A DNA stretch of 10,050 nucleotides from Candidatus Rifleibacteriota bacterium (GTDB lineage: Bacteria; Muiribacteriota; Ozemobacteria; Ozemobacterales; Ozemobacteraceae), in assembly GCA_051747585.1 (NCBI GenBank), contig JBNJGH010000117.1:1-10050 (forward strand), read 5' to 3'. The notes beneath the pieces are model-generated. The model ran no database searches and was not told the origin of the DNA. It saw only the letters and a program-made list of their open reading frames with translations. The stretch's first letter is position 1; every line of letters begins with the position of its first letter. Of the stretch, positions 7,244 through 10,050 are shown in pieces. The position numbers and the translations under genes were made by a program.

Positions 7244-7250
7244 CGGGGGC

Positions 7251-7970
7251 ATGGAACAAAACTATTTCAGCTTGGTATTCAATCAATTAAGTTTTGATTT
7301 GCCTGCTTTTGTTCTGGTCATTTTAATTCATGAATATTTTCATTTATCAGCCGCCAGACAACTCTTGCGCGATACAGAGAAAAGTGTTCCAAAATTCAGC
7401 CCTGCTTCAAGATTAAATTTTCTTGGCACCTTGTTACCGGTATGCCTTGTATTCAGCAGATTCCCCATTATCTTCGGCTGGGGAAACAGGGTAGAAATAG
7501 ATTTCAAAGAATCAAAATCGCCAAAACTTTGTGAATTAGTTTTTTCTCTGGCTGGTATCATGGGCAATCTGGTTATATGTCTTTTTACCGGAGCATTTAT
7601 CGCTTCAATTTCTAAGACTGACCTGCTTTTCAATCTGACCTCCAAACCGGCAGGAATATTTCTTTATACTTTGATTTTTCGGGTTTTTTCCATCAGCCTG
7701 GCCATAATGCTTATTAATTTTCTCCCAATACCACCATTTGACGGTGGACGATTAATATTTAATCTATTTGAAAAAAAGCTTAAGCCTTATAGGGAAAAAA
7801 TTCAGATACTGGGCCTTCTTATTGTAGTAACCCTGATTGTAACCGGCATAGCAGAAATGGTCTTTATGGTGCCCTATACTCATATTACCAATTCTCTATG
7901 CGGTGCTTTTTCCCCTTATGTTTTGCAACCCGACCAACTGGCGGCTGATTTTTTAAAGCTCACCCCCTGA
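7251..7970 (+). CDS. Site-2 protease family (peptidase M50) intramembrane zinc metalloprotease
   Basis: HEYFH (HExxH) in the first hydrophobic helix, NFLPIPPFDGG (NxxPxxxxDG) motif, and several TM segments. ATG 7251 (239 aa) is preferred over the track's 7185 start, which lies in promoter DNA. Confidence 0.9.
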   Translation: MEQNYFSLVFNQLSFDLPAFVLVILIHEYFHLSAARQLLRDTEKSVPKFSPASRLNFLGTLLPVCLVFSRFPIIFGWGNRVEIDFKESKSPKLCELVFSLAGIMGNLVICLFTGAFIASISKTDLLFNLTSKPAGIFLYTLIFRVFSISLAIMLINFLPIPPFDGGRLIFNLFEKKLKPYREKIQILGLLIVVTLIVTGIAEMVFMVPYTHITNSLCGAFSPYVLQPDQLAADFLKLTP

Positions 7971-8047
7971 TTTTTTTTACTACCTTGCCAATGGTCAGGG
8001 TTTGCAATTTAGCAGTTTTCTTTTAGATTTATTATAAGAATGCCAAT

Positions 8048-8062
8048 TAATAATCATTATTT
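8048..8062. promoter_or_regulatory. Fur/PerR-family-like operator palindrome
   Basis: TAATAAT-C-ATTATTT with a perfect core AATAAT-C-ATTATT (8049-8061). 11/14 match to the 7-1-7 Fur consensus TGATAATnATTATCA. Directly upstream of SD AGGAG (8065-8069). Confidence 0.45.
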
Positions 8063-8077
8063 ACAGGAGCAAATAAC

Positions 8078-8626
8078 ATGCCGGCAACAAACATAACCCA
8101 GGAAATTCCGGGCCTTTTTAAAATTATTCCTCTCAGAGAATTAAGAAAAACTCCCGGTGTAGATTTCGATTATCTTGCAAAAAAAGATATACCTCGCATT
8201 GATGGAATTGACAGAGTAATTCATACTGGCGGGGCTGTATCGCCCGGCCCGGTTGGCGAAGTAAAACGCCCCTGGTATATGCATTACCACCAATCGGACA
8301 ATTTAATGGTTCTGTATGGTGAACGCCATGTTGAGTTATATAATAAATCTCATGGTAAAATTGTAAAGTTCGATGTCAGCCCCAATCAAATAGTTGTTGA
8401 TGGCGAGCTCGCTTTTGATGGCCCCGCTATGCTGGTCTGGCCAACGAATGTTTTTCATAGAATCCAGAGTTGCCCCGATCTTGGCTCAGCTTCGATAAAT
8501 TTTGCCGTAAGAACAGAAAATTTCGATATAAAAACCAATTTTAACATCTATGATCTCGATACCGAAACCGGTGATTTTAAAGTTATAAGAGAAGGTCACC
8601 GCGATCAGCCCGACAACCTGAAATAA
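8078..8626 (+). CDS. Cupin-fold (RmlC-like) putative metal-binding protein of unknown function
   Basis: 182 aa, strong SD AGGAG. WYMHYHQSDNLMVLYG resembles cupin motif 1 and MLVWPTNVFHRI resembles cupin motif 2. Beta-rich sequence. Confidence 0.75.
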   Translation: MPATNITQEIPGLFKIIPLRELRKTPGVDFDYLAKKDIPRIDGIDRVIHTGGAVSPGPVGEVKRPWYMHYHQSDNLMVLYGERHVELYNKSHGKIVKFDVSPNQIVVDGELAFDGPAMLVWPTNVFHRIQSCPDLGSASINFAVRTENFDIKTNFNIYDLDTETGDFKVIREGHRDQPDNLK

Positions 8627-8640
8627 AGCTTAAAATATTA

Positions 8641-10050
8641 ATGAATAAAGAAAAAATAAAGCTGTCTCTCGAAGGAGACAAGCTTCTTGAAAACAGAGAA
8701 TACAACAAGGGAACCGCCTTTACGCGGGCTGAAAGAGAAAATTTCAAACTGACAGGGAAACTACCCCGAAGAATAGAAACTATTGAAGAGCAAGTGCATA
8801 GAGCTTACCTGCAGTTTAAGCGAAAACAAGATACTCTTGAAAAAAATCTTTTCCTGAACCAGATTTATACAAGCAATACTACTTTGTTTTTTAAGATTAT
8901 TGAACAACATCTTGAGGAGATGCTTCCGATTATTTATACCCCTACAATTAGCGAGGCGGTAAAAAACTTCAGCAAAACCTTTCTAAATTCTCCAGGCTTG
9001 ATCATTTCCTATCCTGAGCGTGAAAAAACCAGCGAAATTCTCGCAGGCATTCAAGCAGACTCTCTTGATATAGCAGTTGTTACCGATGGAGAAGGAGTGC
9101 TGGGCATCGGCGATCAAGGCATTGGAGGACTCAGTATTGCCGTAGGCAAGCTCATGGTTTATACCACCTGCGGAGGAATAAACCCCTTCAAGACCCTTCC
9201 AATTCAACTCGATGTCGGAACAAATAACGAAAAACTCTTAAATGATCCTGATTATCTTGGCTGGCGACATAATCGAATTTCAGACAAAGAGTACTATGAC
9301 TTCCTTGATCATTTTGTAGATTGCTTCAGCAAAAGGTTTCCAAGATGCTTTCTACATTGGGAAGACTTTGGAAAAAACAATGCCCACAAAGTGCTTGCCA
9401 GATACCGGCAGGTTCATCAATCATTCAATGATGACATACAGGGCACCGGTGCAATAGCGACTGCCGCAGTGCTCAGCGGAATAAAAAAGTCAGGTGTGAG
9501 TTCTGACCGACACAAGTTCTGCATTTTTGGTGCCGGAACAGCGGGAGTCGGGATAGCCGAACAGATTATTTATGCTCTTGCTGAAATAGAAAACAAAAGG
9601 ATCGAAGAAATAAGAGAAAGATTTTATTTAATCGACCGCTATGGACTAATTCGCGAAGGACAACAAAGAACGCGTGATTACCAATTGCCATATCTGAAAA
9701 CTCTCGATCAGCTGCGAGGTTGGACTTGCACAACTCAGGGAGAATACAGCCTGGAGGATGTAACAAAAAATGCCGGAATAACTATTTTAATTGGTTGTTC
9801 GACTGCAAGCAATGCATTTAACAAAAATGTTCTGAAACTAATGGCTAATAATATTGACAAGCCCATCATCATGCCTTTATCTAATCCTACTTCTAAAGCA
9901 GAAGCCACACCGGAAGCAATTTTGAAAGCTACTGATGGACGTGCTCTTATCGCAACCGGAAGTCCTTTTAAGGCCGTAAAGTTTTCTAACAGAACAAATA
10001 GAATTTCTCAATGCAACAATGCCCTGATATTTCCCGGGTTGGCTTTGGGA
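8641..10050 (+). CDS. maeA: NAD-dependent malic enzyme / malolactic enzyme family (large-subunit type), 3' truncated by the window edge
   Basis: Reading frame from ATG 8641 to the window end (470 codons; absent from the track because there is no stop). Motifs NKGTAF, LPIIYTPT, VTDGEGVLGIGDQG, GKLMVYT, LDVGTNN, HWEDFG, FNDDIQGTG, GAGTAGVGIA, PLSNPT, ATGSPF, QCNNALIFPG. Confidence 0.93.
   Translation, partial: MNKEKIKLSLEGDKLLENREYNKGTAFTRAERENFKLTGKLPRRIETIEEQVHRAYLQFKRKQDTLEKNLFLNQIYTSNTTLFFKIIEQHLEEMLPIIYTPTISEAVKNFSKTFLNSPGLIISYPEREKTSEILAGIQADSLDIAVVTDGEGVLGIGDQGIGGLSIAVGKLMVYTTCGGINPFKTLPIQLDVGTNNEKLLNDPDYLGWRHNRISDKEYYDFLDHFVDCFSKRFPRCFLHWEDFGKNNAHKVLARYRQVHQSFNDDIQGTGAIATAAVLSGIKKSGVSSDRHKFCIFGAGTAGVGIAEQIIYALAEIENKRIEEIRERFYLIDRYGLIREGQQRTRDYQLPYLKTLDQLRGWTCTTQGEYSLEDVTKNAGITILIGCSTASNAFNKNVLKLMANNIDKPIIMPLSNPTSKAEATPEAILKATDGRALIATGSPFKAVKFSNRTNRISQCNNALIFPGLALG

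Noticed and set aside
7117..7250. Track starts at 7221 (yitJ) and 7185 (M50) implying overlapping divergent genes
   Set aside because: The extensions cover promoter DNA and precede the conserved domains. TTG 7116 with an SD and ATG 7251 fit better.
7982..8003. Hairpin ACCTTGCC-AAT-GGTCAGGGT as terminator of the M50 gene
   Set aside because: Bulged stem, 3-nt loop and only a short T run. Too weak to call.
7340..9766. Minus-strand ORFs 7340..7645, 8983..9207 and 9566..9766
   Set aside because: Antisense shadows of the M50 protease and malic enzyme genes.

Overview
Mostly housekeeping bacterial DNA with an AT-rich appearance. The minus strand carries a three-gene methionine operon: a YitJ-type homocysteine S-methyltransferase/MTHFR fusion (true start probably TTG at 7116), the B12-dependent methionine synthase metH, and a RimJ/RimL-type GNAT. 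The operon converges on a secreted protein with a disordered linker and an STN/secretin-N0-like C-terminal domain. Divergently on the plus strand are an M50 site-2 protease that looks leaderless, a cupin-fold protein preceded by a Fur/PerR-like palindrome, and an NAD-dependent malic/malolactic-family enzyme that runs off the right edge and is missing from the ORF track. The most unusual sequence is non-coding, at about 44-281. It is a nested set of inverted repeats (a 28-bp CACAGAG-periodic outer stem, a perfect 15-bp stem, a perfect 23-bp stem and a REP/terminator-like hairpin) that could fold into one multibranch RNA or be a composite miniature mobile/repeat element. All calls come from reading the sequence; no searches or folding calculations were run.
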